This document shows, in pieces, positions 27,690-34,939 of a stretch of 35,325 nucleotides of DNA. The stretch spans positions 1 to 35,325 of the IMG/VR virus record IMGVR_UViG_3300045988_166883, one strand, 5' to 3'. This DNA is from a virus. Under the pieces are notes generated by a model. The model searched no databases. It was given only the letters and a program-made list of their open reading frames with translations, and was not told the DNA's origin. The translations under genes were made by a program, and so were the position numbers. Position 1 is the first letter of the stretch. Each line of letters starts with the position of its first letter.

Positions 27690-29192
27690 CTATCTCTGCT
27701 TGAACTGACCCCAAGCCATAAGATACGCCTTAAGCGGTGCCCACGCATATTCCCAGGCATTCAGTGCGTGGTCGTTCAGGTTCTCCCTTGTCTCGCCCTT
27801 GTCGCCTCTTCGGCTCTCGTCCATCTCTCTTATGAGGTTCTGGCACTTTCCGCATATCTGGCATTCCCCGTATCCGAGAAGCCATCTTATGAAATCCACT
27901 CGGGTCTGTATCCCCATCTTCGTGCTTCCAGTCGCCTGAGCCCTGTACAAAAGCTGTCTTCCGCATTCCTTTATGAACGCATCACGGAATCCGATATCCG
28001 CACAGTCGATGTACACGGGTATCATCCTTCCGTTGAACAAATCGGGATGTCCTTTCCACACCACATCCTGCCAGTGCTTTATAACATTAACGCACGCACG
28101 AACCTCCTCATCCTGAGTCATCGGCTTCAGCTCCCCATCGTTGCTGTGAAACCACTCGTCTATCGCAACTATCTTCTGGCAGTCCGAGGTCAAGCCCACC
28201 AACTGCACTGTCGTGGCACTCTTCACTCGACCATCCTTTCTTATATGCCCTTCCCCGTTGCTCAATCCCGTATCTATCCCGATCGAGAACGCCCTGAAAC
28301 GCATCCTCATGACATCCTCCACGCCTATTATGTTCCTGCTATGCACGAACTCGGGATACACACGCTCCGTGCTGTTTCCCCACATCCCGAGACCTTCGAC
28401 CTTGTATATCTCGAGCGCATGGTCTCGCATATACTCCATGCTCGCATCGTACTCGGGTGTCCTGAACTCGTTCACCCTGTATGTGCTTTGGTGCAGATAC
28501 AAGCCTCTTCCGAATCCAAGCTGGAAATCCCTGTCGTAGCAGTCCAGATACGCATTCTTCTCCAACTGCTCGAAACTAGGGTCTAGCCTGCCAGCGAACA
28601 TCTTCTCGTACACCCAGTGCTTCCTGCTCCAAGGGTTCATAGCCATCGTTATCTGGATCTGCACGCCTGGTGGCAATTCGCCACGCAACGAACCATCGAG
28701 CTTTCTGAACGCATCGTAGTCGCTCATCTCGTACATCTCCTCCATATACGCATCGCTCAACACCCCGTGCTCCACAGCCACCGAGGTTATGCCAGTCGGG
28801 TTGTTGAACCCCTTGAACATTATCTTCTGTCCTGTCTCCCTGTACACTATCTGCCTCGGATTTACCATCACCTTGAACAAGTCGCCTATCGCCAGCTCCT
28901 CGATTATGCCCTTCAGTCTCGCATATGTGCTTGTGAGGTTGTCGCTGTCGTTCTGTCTTATCATCACGATGTTCCTGAACTCGTTCGACATTATCTTGAA
29001 CAGCGGCTCGAGTCCGAGCATATCCGTGGACTTCTTCGTGTTTCTTCCGCCCACATTCGCCCTGTACCTGCACGGGTTGTGCAACCAGTATGCGTTCGTG
29101 AACAGCTCCGTGTCGTATCCGTATCCGCACAGCTGGGAGAGGTTCAGTATCCTCTCCTGCCCCTTCCTCGGCTTATCGTATCTCAATCCCAT
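27690..29192 (-). CDS. terL: terminase large subunit (500 aa)
   Basis: Size; position directly downstream of (and translationally coupled to) the terS-like gene and upstream of the head module; N-terminal P-loop-like NVGGRNTKKST. Family assignment (PBSX/Terminase_3-like) is a guess. Confidence 0.7.
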   Translation of the reverse strand: MGLRYDKPRKGQERILNLSQLCGYGYDTELFTNAYWLHNPCRYRANVGGRNTKKSTDMLGLEPLFKIMSNEFRNIVMIRQNDSDNLTSTYARLKGIIEELAIGDLFKVMVNPRQIVYRETGQKIMFKGFNNPTGITSVAVEHGVLSDAYMEEMYEMSDYDAFRKLDGSLRGELPPGVQIQITMAMNPWSRKHWVYEKMFAGRLDPSFEQLEKNAYLDCYDRDFQLGFGRGLYLHQSTYRVNEFRTPEYDASMEYMRDHALEIYKVEGLGMWGNSTERVYPEFVHSRNIIGVEDVMRMRFRAFSIGIDTGLSNGEGHIRKDGRVKSATTVQLVGLTSDCQKIVAIDEWFHSNDGELKPMTQDEEVRACVNVIKHWQDVVWKGHPDLFNGRMIPVYIDCADIGFRDAFIKECGRQLLYRAQATGSTKMGIQTRVDFIRWLLGYGECQICGKCQNLIREMDESRRGDKGETRENLNDHALNAWEYAWAPLKAYLMAWGQFKQR

Positions 29193-29194
29193 GA

Positions 29195-29821
29195 CTACTC
29201 ACCGCTCCCATCCGTGCGGGAATCATCACTGTCATCCTGCGGAGACTCGGACACCGTGTGTTCCTCGACACGGGCATCCACCACGCCCATCACCCTGCCA
29301 GGCTCGTGAGGCACGCTTCCGCCCTGTCCGCCCATAACCACACGCACCGATGCCTCCTTCTCGCCGACATCCGCCCTGCGTGCGAGTCCGTACTCCTCGG
29401 GGAAGCATCTCTCCATTATCCACGCCAACGCAGCCCAGTTCCTTCCGCCATCAGCCTCGCCAGCCTTCAATATACCGCTCATGCACCTCTCCGCAACCGC
29501 CGTCTCCGCCTTAGCCATGCCAACATACAGCCTCGAACACGGAGTGTCCTTCCCCTCGTCGATGTCCTCCTCGCCCTGACTCATCCACCTGTCCATCCTA
29601 GTCCTCGATATCCCGTATCTCCCACATATCATCCTCAAAGGTATACCCTCGCCACGCAACCTCAGTATCCCGTCGACCACCTCTCCCTCTGGCAACTTAC
29701 GCCCATACACCACCTGGATCTGTGTGTCCGTGCGGACATCCTCTCCGCCACGGGTATCACCGACAACACCACCACGGGTAATCTTCTTCTTACTACCCTT
29801 ACTAACCTTACGAACCGCCAT
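29195..29821 (-). CDS. terS: terminase small subunit (208 aa)
   Basis: ORF-track start 29860 is TTG; ATG 29821 (MAVRKVSKGSKKK...) has AAGGAGG upstream; basic N-terminus, HTH-like MICGRYGISRTRMDRWM, acidic C-terminal tail; 3-nt gap to terL. Confidence 0.6.
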   Translation of the reverse strand: MAVRKVSKGSKKKITRGGVVGDTRGGEDVRTDTQIQVVYGRKLPEGEVVDGILRLRGEGIPLRMICGRYGISRTRMDRWMSQGEEDIDEGKDTPCSRLYVGMAKAETAVAERCMSGILKAGEADGGRNWAALAWIMERCFPEEYGLARRADVGEKEASVRVVMGGQGGSVPHEPGRVMGVVDARVEEHTVSESPQDDSDDSRTDGSGE

Positions 29822-29845
29822 ATCGTGTGTCCTCCTTACCGCCTC

Positions 29846-29857
29846 TATTATACACGC
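29846..29857 (-). promoter_or_regulatory. extended -10 promoter (TGTATAAT) for terS/terL
   Basis: Minus strand: ttggcgTGTATAATagaggcggtAAGGAGGacacacgatATG; no good -35. Confidence 0.4.
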
Positions 29858-29887
29858 CAAAATAACCCCTAATACCCCTCATTCTCG

Positions 29888-30227
29888 GACATAGTGGACA
29901 CACTTGACACCCTTTTTTAAATCTTTCTCTATATATATCCCCTATATTCTTTACATATATGCTATATTGTTATACACTTTTTTTTTCTTGATAATAGTTT
30001 ATGGAAAAACTATGTCAACTATGTCTTAAATCCAAAAAATGCCGATGAATACTAGCTTTTTTTGTGACATAGTTGCTATCTCAAACTATGTCCTAACTAT
30101 GTCCTAACTATGTACTTTATCTCATACTGTGAGATATCTGTATTATCTGTACTATGTCCAACTATGTCCTAAAAACTATGCTTTTTCTTTACTAAATCGC
30201 TATTTTGTTATATGCCTAGGACATAGT
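29888..30227. repeat. iteron array: about 11 copies of ACTATGTC / GACATAGT in both orientations (candidate pac/cos-binding or origin repeats)
   Basis: Copies at ~29888, 30009, 30018, 30066, 30085, 30096, 30107 (variant), 30151, 30161, 30175 (variant), 30220; also the palindrome AGATATCT at ~30131. No ORF on either strand. Confidence 0.7.
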
Positions 30228-30291
30228 TTATTCGGGGGTAAAATCACACCCCTACACACCCATCCACTCAGTTTATTCGGGGGTAAAATCA
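30225..30291. repeat. two 22-bp direct repeats AGTTTATTCGGGGGTAAAATCA (30225-30246, 30270-30291) in a C-rich repeat block
   Basis: Exact duplication 45 bp apart; nearby CCCCTACACACCCA x2 (30249, 30337), TGTGATT x3, C9 tract 30472-30480. Confidence 0.7.
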
Positions 30292-30640
30292 GCCCTTAAT
30301 CGTCCCCACAATCAGCCCTGTGATTCCTCTTTCTAACCCCTACACACCCATAATCCCCACTGTGATTATTCCCCCCGTGATTATCAACAGCACCCCCCTT
30401 TTTTTATATCCCCTGTGTTTAAGGGAATAGCTTTTAGTCTTGGCTGTCCCTTCACCCGTACCATTATTTATCCCCCCCCTATTACTGACCTTTTCGATAT
30501 TCTTTTAACGGATAGTGGAGGGGCTATTTAAGGCGACGGCATTGGGGAATTTTTGGGACATTGCTATTTGAAAGTGGGGGAAAATCCTTAAAAAAAATAA
30601 TGAAAGCGGATTAAATCTAATTACTAATTTTTTGGTAGGC

Positions 30641-30695
30641 TAGTAGTAAATTAGTAGTAAATTAGTAGTAAATTAGTAGTAAATTAGTAGTAAAT
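30641..30695. repeat. 11-bp tandem repeat TAGTAGTAAAT x5
   Basis: Five perfect head-to-tail units immediately abutting the A-run of the island terminator. Confidence 0.85.
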
Positions 30696-30696
30696 T

Positions 30697-30725
30697 AAAA
30701 AAAACCGCCAGAACGTGAGGCGGTT
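30697..30725 (-). terminator. intrinsic terminator of the 157-aa island gene
   Basis: Minus strand: AACCGCC tcacgttct GGCGGTT followed by TTTTTTTT. Confidence 0.65.
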
Positions 30726-30743
30726 AGATGGTTGGGGTTACTG

Positions 30744-31217
30744 CTAGTTTAATCTAATTTGCTTACAATCGATGTCTTTAGTAATATAGCTTTTGTTAAA
30801 TTGATCTCTGTCTTTCAACATATCTTCGAGAGAATTATAAACAGTTGCGACACAAAAATCATATTTGTTATATTGGAAGTACTTTTTAACTGTTCTTTTC
30901 GATGTATCGTATCTTATCGCAATATAAACAGCTTCTTTGTTTTCATCTTCGAAAAAATAGGCGATTTGTAAAGTTGTGAAATTAAAAGTGTTGTAAGATG
31001 TAACAATATGTAAATATTTAACATTCTTCCCGCTTTTTTCCTTCAAAATGTTTCTTTCGGTGGAAAAATCGATTGCATCTTTAAGATTTGCTGTTAATTT
31101 TGCGTTGCTGCATTTTTTATAGCAATCGCTCAACTTAAATCTTAGTTTGCCAAAATCAACCTTTTTGTAAATCAAATCAACAGCGTAATTTAATAGACTT
31201 CTTGCTTTTTTTGTCAT
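30744..31217 (-). CDS. hypothetical island protein D (157 aa), own promoter/palindrome and terminator
   Basis: ATG 31217, SD GGAGGAAAA; Lys/Tyr/Phe/Asn-rich; no recognisable motif; about 33% GC. Confidence 0.55.
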   Translation of the reverse strand: MTKKARSLLNYAVDLIYKKVDFGKLRFKLSDCYKKCSNAKLTANLKDAIDFSTERNILKEKSGKNVKYLHIVTSYNTFNFTTLQIAYFFEDENKEAVYIAIRYDTSKRTVKKYFQYNKYDFCVATVYNSLEDMLKDRDQFNKSYITKDIDCKQIRLN

Positions 31218-31244
31218 AGTTTTCCTCCAACTGTCCGATTTGGA

Positions 31245-31301
31245 TAGTTAGTTAGTTCTTCTAACTAAGTAATATTATACTATTATTTTACAAATAATCA
31301 A
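31245..31301 (-). promoter_or_regulatory. promoter (TTGATT - 16 - TATAAT) with palindrome TTAGTTAG-ttctt-CTAACTAA at +1..+25; copy 1 of a duplicated ~85-bp cassette
   Basis: -35 31296-31301, -10 31274-31279, inverted repeat 31248-31268; about 88% identical to 31828-31903. Confidence 0.55.
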
Positions 31302-31441
31302 GCATTATTTATAAAATATTTTATGTTTCATATATTGCATTTTGTAGAATATGTAAGATTTTACAGATCGCCAAAAAGTCCCTATCGGATTTTAAAAAAC
31401 CTAATTTTAATGATATTTCAGTCTTGAAAACTGCGATTGAT

Positions 31442-31480
31442 AAAAAAATAGGAATATGCACAGATCATCGCATATTCCTA
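31442..31480 (-). terminator. intrinsic terminator of the 86-aa island gene
   Basis: Minus strand: TAGGAATATGC gatgatctgt GCATATTCCTA (11-bp perfect stem) followed by TTTTTTT; a C7 tract (31492-31498 on plus as G7) lies between stop and hairpin. Confidence 0.65.
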
Positions 31481-31515
31481 TATAAGAAAATGGGGGGGAT
31501 ATTTTTAAATAATTA

Positions 31516-31776
31516 TTAATAGTTAACAATCATTGTTACAATTTTATAATCAAATATTATTGTTGATTTTTCTGTTTTTTTTGTTGAATTCCAAGAAAAG
31601 CCAAGATTGATGTCATCGGCTTTTATTCCATATGCTTTTTTAACATAATTTCTTAAATGTTCAATTTTTGAAAACTTTGGGCAAGAACCATATATTAATG
31701 ATGTTCCTCCGATTGGGTTTCCTGTTTCGTCGTATTCGTGCCAGCCTTTTGCAATAGTAAATAATTTTTGTTTCAT
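31516..31776 (-). CDS. hypothetical island protein C (86 aa)
   Basis: ATG 31776; RBS region contains a small hairpin GGAGGaaaataaCCTCC; no recognisable motif. Confidence 0.5.
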   Translation of the reverse strand: MKQKLFTIAKGWHEYDETGNPIGGTSLIYGSCPKFSKIEHLRNYVKKAYGIKADDINLGFSWNSTKKTEKSTIIFDYKIVTMIVNY

Positions 31777-31827
31777 TTTGTGCCTTTCACGGAGGTTATT
31801 TTCCTCCAGATCTCTTTAATTCCGAGA

Positions 31828-31883
31828 CCTAGTTAGTTCTTTCTAACTAAGTATTATTATACTACTATTTATAAAATAGTCAA
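31828..31883 (-). promoter_or_regulatory. promoter (TTGACT - 17 - TATAAT) with palindrome TAGTTAG-ttcttt-CTAACTA; copy 2 of the duplicated cassette
   Basis: -35 31878-31883, -10 31855-31860, inverted repeat 31829-31848; similarity to copy 1 ends exactly at the helicase stop codon (31903). Confidence 0.55.
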
Positions 31884-31902
31884 GCATTATTTATAAAATA
31901 TT

Positions 31903-33276
31903 TTATGTTTGTTTTCGACTTTTTAAAACATAATAAGCCCACTGTGAGGGATGCTTGTAGCCTCTTTCCTCACCTAGTTTTTTCAGCTGTTGGAAAGTTC
32001 GACAGCGCCCACGCTGGCGCCGATTTTCGATTAGTTGATTCTTTCTAATTAAAGCTAGTTCTTTCTTGTTTTGTATCTGGATTTCTCGGACATTCAAAGG
32101 CACGGGGGTATTACAAAAAGGGCATAACCTACCCGTTAGCATCTGGGATGGCATGAACGAGCGGAGGCATTGGGGGCAAGTTTTTATAATTAGCGAATCA
32201 TGCGCGGTCTCGTGCTTATGCGTGTTTTTTAGCACGCTGGAGAGGCTCCACGACCTCGGGGCATCTGGAAAGCCGAAGCGGTAAATATTCCCCACAAAAT
32301 CGAAAATAGAGGCTCTTTTGTTTGGGTTTTGGGGGTCGCTTCTCAGGGCTCTTCCTGCCTGCTGGATGTATAAAGTTAATGATTGGGTCGCGCGGAGAAG
32401 GAATACACAGTCACAGCTTGGAACATTAAATCCTTCTCCGATTAAGTCGACATTGATTAATATTTTTATGCGGTTGTTTTTAAAATCATCTATTATTTTA
32501 TCCCTTTCGAGTTGGGGAGTCGTGCCATTGATTTCGGCAGATATTCTGGCGTTGAAATGCTCGTTAATTTGTGATTCTAGCTTTTTAGAATAATCGACAG
32601 TAGGAGAGTAAATAATCGTTTTTTTGCCAAGGTCGATATATTTCAATATGTCTCCATAGATTGCTTTTTTGTCCAGATGGTAGGCGTTGTCTGTGGTGTC
32701 GAAATCACCGCTTTTTAGCTTCCATTGTGAAAAATTGAAATTGAGGTCGGGGGAGAAATAATCATAATCAACTAAGTAGTTATTTTGGATTAGATAAGCA
32801 TAATCAACGCCGACAATTAATCGGTCGAAAATCTCACCTAGGGGTTTTCCATCCAGGCGGGCGGGGGTGGCTGTGAAACCAATAAGGGCAGTTTTAGAAT
32901 AAGCGGATAAGACCGTTTTAAAGCTGTTAGAGATTGCGTGATGGCATTCATCGATAATTATAAGAGAATAAGGTTTTATGCCCGTTTTAAGCGTTTTTTT
33001 AAAACTTTGAATCATCGCTATATTAATATGATCTGTGTTTATTTGGAAAGTCTGGAAAGCATCTATAGTTTGTTTTAAAAGCTCTTTGCGATGTAATAAA
33101 ATAAGTGCTCTATTATCTGGCTTTTTGATTGTGTTCAAATAGGCTAGATAGCAAAAAATAGCGGTCTTGCCTGCTCCACAAGGGAGTACGCAACAGAGTT
33201 TTTTATATCCGTTTTTAAAAGCATCTCGGCAATTATTAACTATAGTTTGTTGGTAGTTTCTTAATGTCAATTTCAT
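31903..33276 (-). CDS. SF2 helicase, DEAH/ResIII-type (type III restriction res-subunit-like) with C-terminal zinc ribbon, 457 aa
   Basis: Q motif RNYQ; motif I PCGAGKT; motif II IIIDECHH; motif III FTATP; motif VI QQAGRALR; C-terminal CPQC...CPFC; about 33% GC, AAA/TTT-rich codon use unlike the structural genes. Confidence 0.7.
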   Translation of the reverse strand: MKLTLRNYQQTIVNNCRDAFKNGYKKLCCVLPCGAGKTAIFCYLAYLNTIKKPDNRALILLHRKELLKQTIDAFQTFQINTDHINIAMIQSFKKTLKTGIKPYSLIIIDECHHAISNSFKTVLSAYSKTALIGFTATPARLDGKPLGEIFDRLIVGVDYAYLIQNNYLVDYDYFSPDLNFNFSQWKLKSGDFDTTDNAYHLDKKAIYGDILKYIDLGKKTIIYSPTVDYSKKLESQINEHFNARISAEINGTTPQLERDKIIDDFKNNRIKILINVDLIGEGFNVPSCDCVFLLRATQSLTLYIQQAGRALRSDPQNPNKRASIFDFVGNIYRFGFPDAPRSWSLSSVLKNTHKHETAHDSLIIKTCPQCLRSFMPSQMLTGRLCPFCNTPVPLNVREIQIQNKKELALIRKNQLIENRRQRGRCRTFQQLKKLGEERGYKHPSQWAYYVLKSRKQT

Positions 33277-33290
33277 ATTTTAGCCCCCTA

Positions 33291-33333
33291 TTTTTTTAAA
33301 AAAGCCGTGAAATATCACGGCTTAATTTTTTTT
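33291..33333. terminator. bidirectional hairpin terminator only ~15 nt upstream of the helicase start codon
   Basis: TTTTTTTAAAAAAGCCGTGaaatatCACGGCTTAATTTTTTTT: 8-bp stem with T/A runs on both sides; overlaps the stop of the 64-aa ORF. Confidence 0.5.
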
Positions 33334-33526
33334 ATAATATTTTAAACTCTATTTCATCCCCAGTTTTGCGGTTAAGCATCAGAAGCGTATCGGTCTCGGA
33401 CTGCCACAAATAACAATAATCGTTTTTTATTAAATTAACTATCATATCCTCATAATAGTTGGAATACATTCCCATTTTAGAAGTGATGCCATTCTTAGTA
33501 ATACTGATTATAAGTTCTTTGTTCAT
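33332..33526 (-). CDS. hypothetical island protein A (64 aa)
   Basis: ATG 33526; preceded by a 19-aa micro-ORF (MEKTTLKKIIGAVRELEIR) with AAAGAGG RBS. Confidence 0.4.
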   Translation of the reverse strand: MNKELIISITKNGITSKMGMYSNYYEDMIVNLIKNDYCYLWQSETDTLLMLNRKTGDEIEFKIL

Positions 33527-33658
33527 TGCGTTAATTCCTATCTAATTTCCAACTCTCTAACTGCTCCAATAATCTTTTTTAATGTGGTTTTTTCCATAAA
33601 TGTGCCTCTTTCTTTTCTGGGATGTGTTCCCTTTGTGCTTGTCTTTTCAAGCGTCCTT

Positions 33659-33687
33659 ATTCTCTCACTTTTTGTAAAATAAATCAA
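33659..33687 (-). promoter_or_regulatory. putative island promoter (TTGATT - 16/17 - GAGAAT, weak -10)
   Basis: Minus strand: TTGATT TATTTTACAAAAAGTG AGAGAAT; same spacer motif as the 27.58-kb promoter. Confidence 0.35.
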
Positions 33688-33968
33688 GCGTTTTTTACAA
33701 AATTATTTTATTTTTCATATATCCGATGAAGACAGTACATTGCAACAATAAAACAGCCATGTTTGGCGGTTGTTGACATCTGGGGGGTATGAAAAAGTGG
33801 GGTGCGGATTTTGGAATACCTGAAATTGTTGTCCGTGATTATCCTAAACAGCCCACAATCGTTGATTTTTGCCTTGTTTTAGCCACGAGATTAATCAAGA
33901 GGTATAAATATATGCCTAAATGGAATCATGTGCCTAGAATCGCTTGTTTTGAGGGGGGGGATATGTCG

Positions 33969-34016
33969 AAAACGAAAAACGGAGTTCCGTGGAAGGAACT
34001 CCGCCGAAAGGAGTTC
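33969..34016 (-). terminator. terminator with three-arm alternative pairing (GGAGTTCC / GGAACTCC / GGAGTTC) after the 267-aa gene
   Basis: Minus strand: GGAGTTCC ttccac GGAACTCC followed by GTTTTTCGTTTTCG. A third arm upstream of the hairpin on the minus strand allows a mutually exclusive hairpin. A G8 tract (33953-33960) lies just 3' of the terminator and a G7 tract (34123-34129) between the stop codon and the terminator. Confidence 0.5.
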
Positions 34017-34135
34017 ATCTAGGAATCTAGAAAATCCTGGATAGCTTTTTCAATGAAAAATCGTAATGACAGATGCCTGAAAGCATCATATGTATTTTAT
34101 AGAAACATCGTGCGGAAAGCAAGGGGGGGATTTTG

Positions 34136-34939
34136 TTATCCGATTATCTCGGATTCCACATCTATGGAAGCTTTGAGGTCTTCAAGCACCTTCTTCTTGT
34201 CGAGGCTCTTTGCTATCTTGCTTATTCGATAATTCGTGCAGTTCACATACATGTTGATTTCTCTTGTGAATGCCAGACCTTGCTTGTCGAAACTGAGATA
34301 GTTCATCAGCAAAGTTTTGGCTATATGTGTTTCCTTGACAAGCGACTCAAATGAGGAATAGGAAGATTCCTTTCCATTTATCACAGCGTGATAATCTCGC
34401 TGTCCTCCGCTCCAAACAGAAACCCCGTTCTCATCGAGATAGCAGTATTGATTGACTTGCCTTTTCAAATCATAGAATGCTTTGTTGGCATCTGCCGAGA
34501 TTGGATTGTATTCGACACCCAATGCGGATGCAAGCTCTATGAAGTTGTCAAAGCAGTCATCCACTCCATTGTTGACTATCAGCTCGTAGCTGTACCAAAT
34601 CTTTATACCTAGATTGTTGAGAAAATGTTTGAACCAGACAAGGTTGGTAGGATTCGGATACATGGTCATTCGTGCAAGCATTTTGAAAGAAATCATCCCG
34701 TTCAGATAATTGACTAGGTTGTTTCTGAAAGGGAAGGGGTAGTCCGTAAAACTCACAAGCGAGTTCGGATAGGTGTAGTCGCTACTTGCCAAGAACCTCT
34801 CATCCATAGCCCTGTATCGAGGCATCATGTAATCGACGCCTTTCATGTCGTACAGTTCCTTGTGTGGATAGTCGCTTGCCGACATCGCCACCTTGTTCAT
34901 TATCTCACTTGGTGCTGGTTTTTTAGATTTCGTTCTCAT
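34136..34939 (-). CDS. hypothetical protein (267 aa) downstream of the primase/helicase, possibly replication-associated
   Basis: ORF-track 34136..35005 trimmed to ATG 34939 (MRTKSKKPAPSEIMNKV...), which has GGAGGA 9 nt upstream; 17-nt overlap with the primase 3' end; no motif recognised. Confidence 0.5.
   Translation of the reverse strand: MRTKSKKPAPSEIMNKVAMSASDYPHKELYDMKGVDYMMPRYRAMDERFLASSDYTYPNSLVSFTDYPFPFRNNLVNYLNGMISFKMLARMTMYPNPTNLVWFKHFLNNLGIKIWYSYELIVNNGVDDCFDNFIELASALGVEYNPISADANKAFYDLKRQVNQYCYLDENGVSVWSGGQRDYHAVINGKESSYSSFESLVKETHIAKTLLMNYLSFDKQGLAFTREINMYVNCTNYRISKIAKSLDKKKVLEDLKASIDVESEIIG

Noticed and set aside
27630-29872. Long plus-strand ORFs (27630..28586, 28617..29309, 28789..29337, 29258..29872) and minus-strand 28576..29130.
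   Set aside because: These are antisense or alternative-frame artefacts of the GC-rich terminase genes, with His/Arg/Pro/Leu-rich junk composition and no RBS.
30225-30291. Repeat-spacer-repeat looks like a mini-CRISPR array.
   Set aside because: Only two repeats, 22 bp long with a 23-bp spacer; no third unit or cas gene; embedded among other direct repeats typical of a binding region.
33789-34022. 77-aa plus-strand ORF (MKKWGADF...).
   Set aside because: No usable RBS (GGGGGG 1 nt from the ATG); it contains the G8 tract and the three-arm terminator hairpins; more likely non-coding 3' UTR/terminator of the minus-strand gene.
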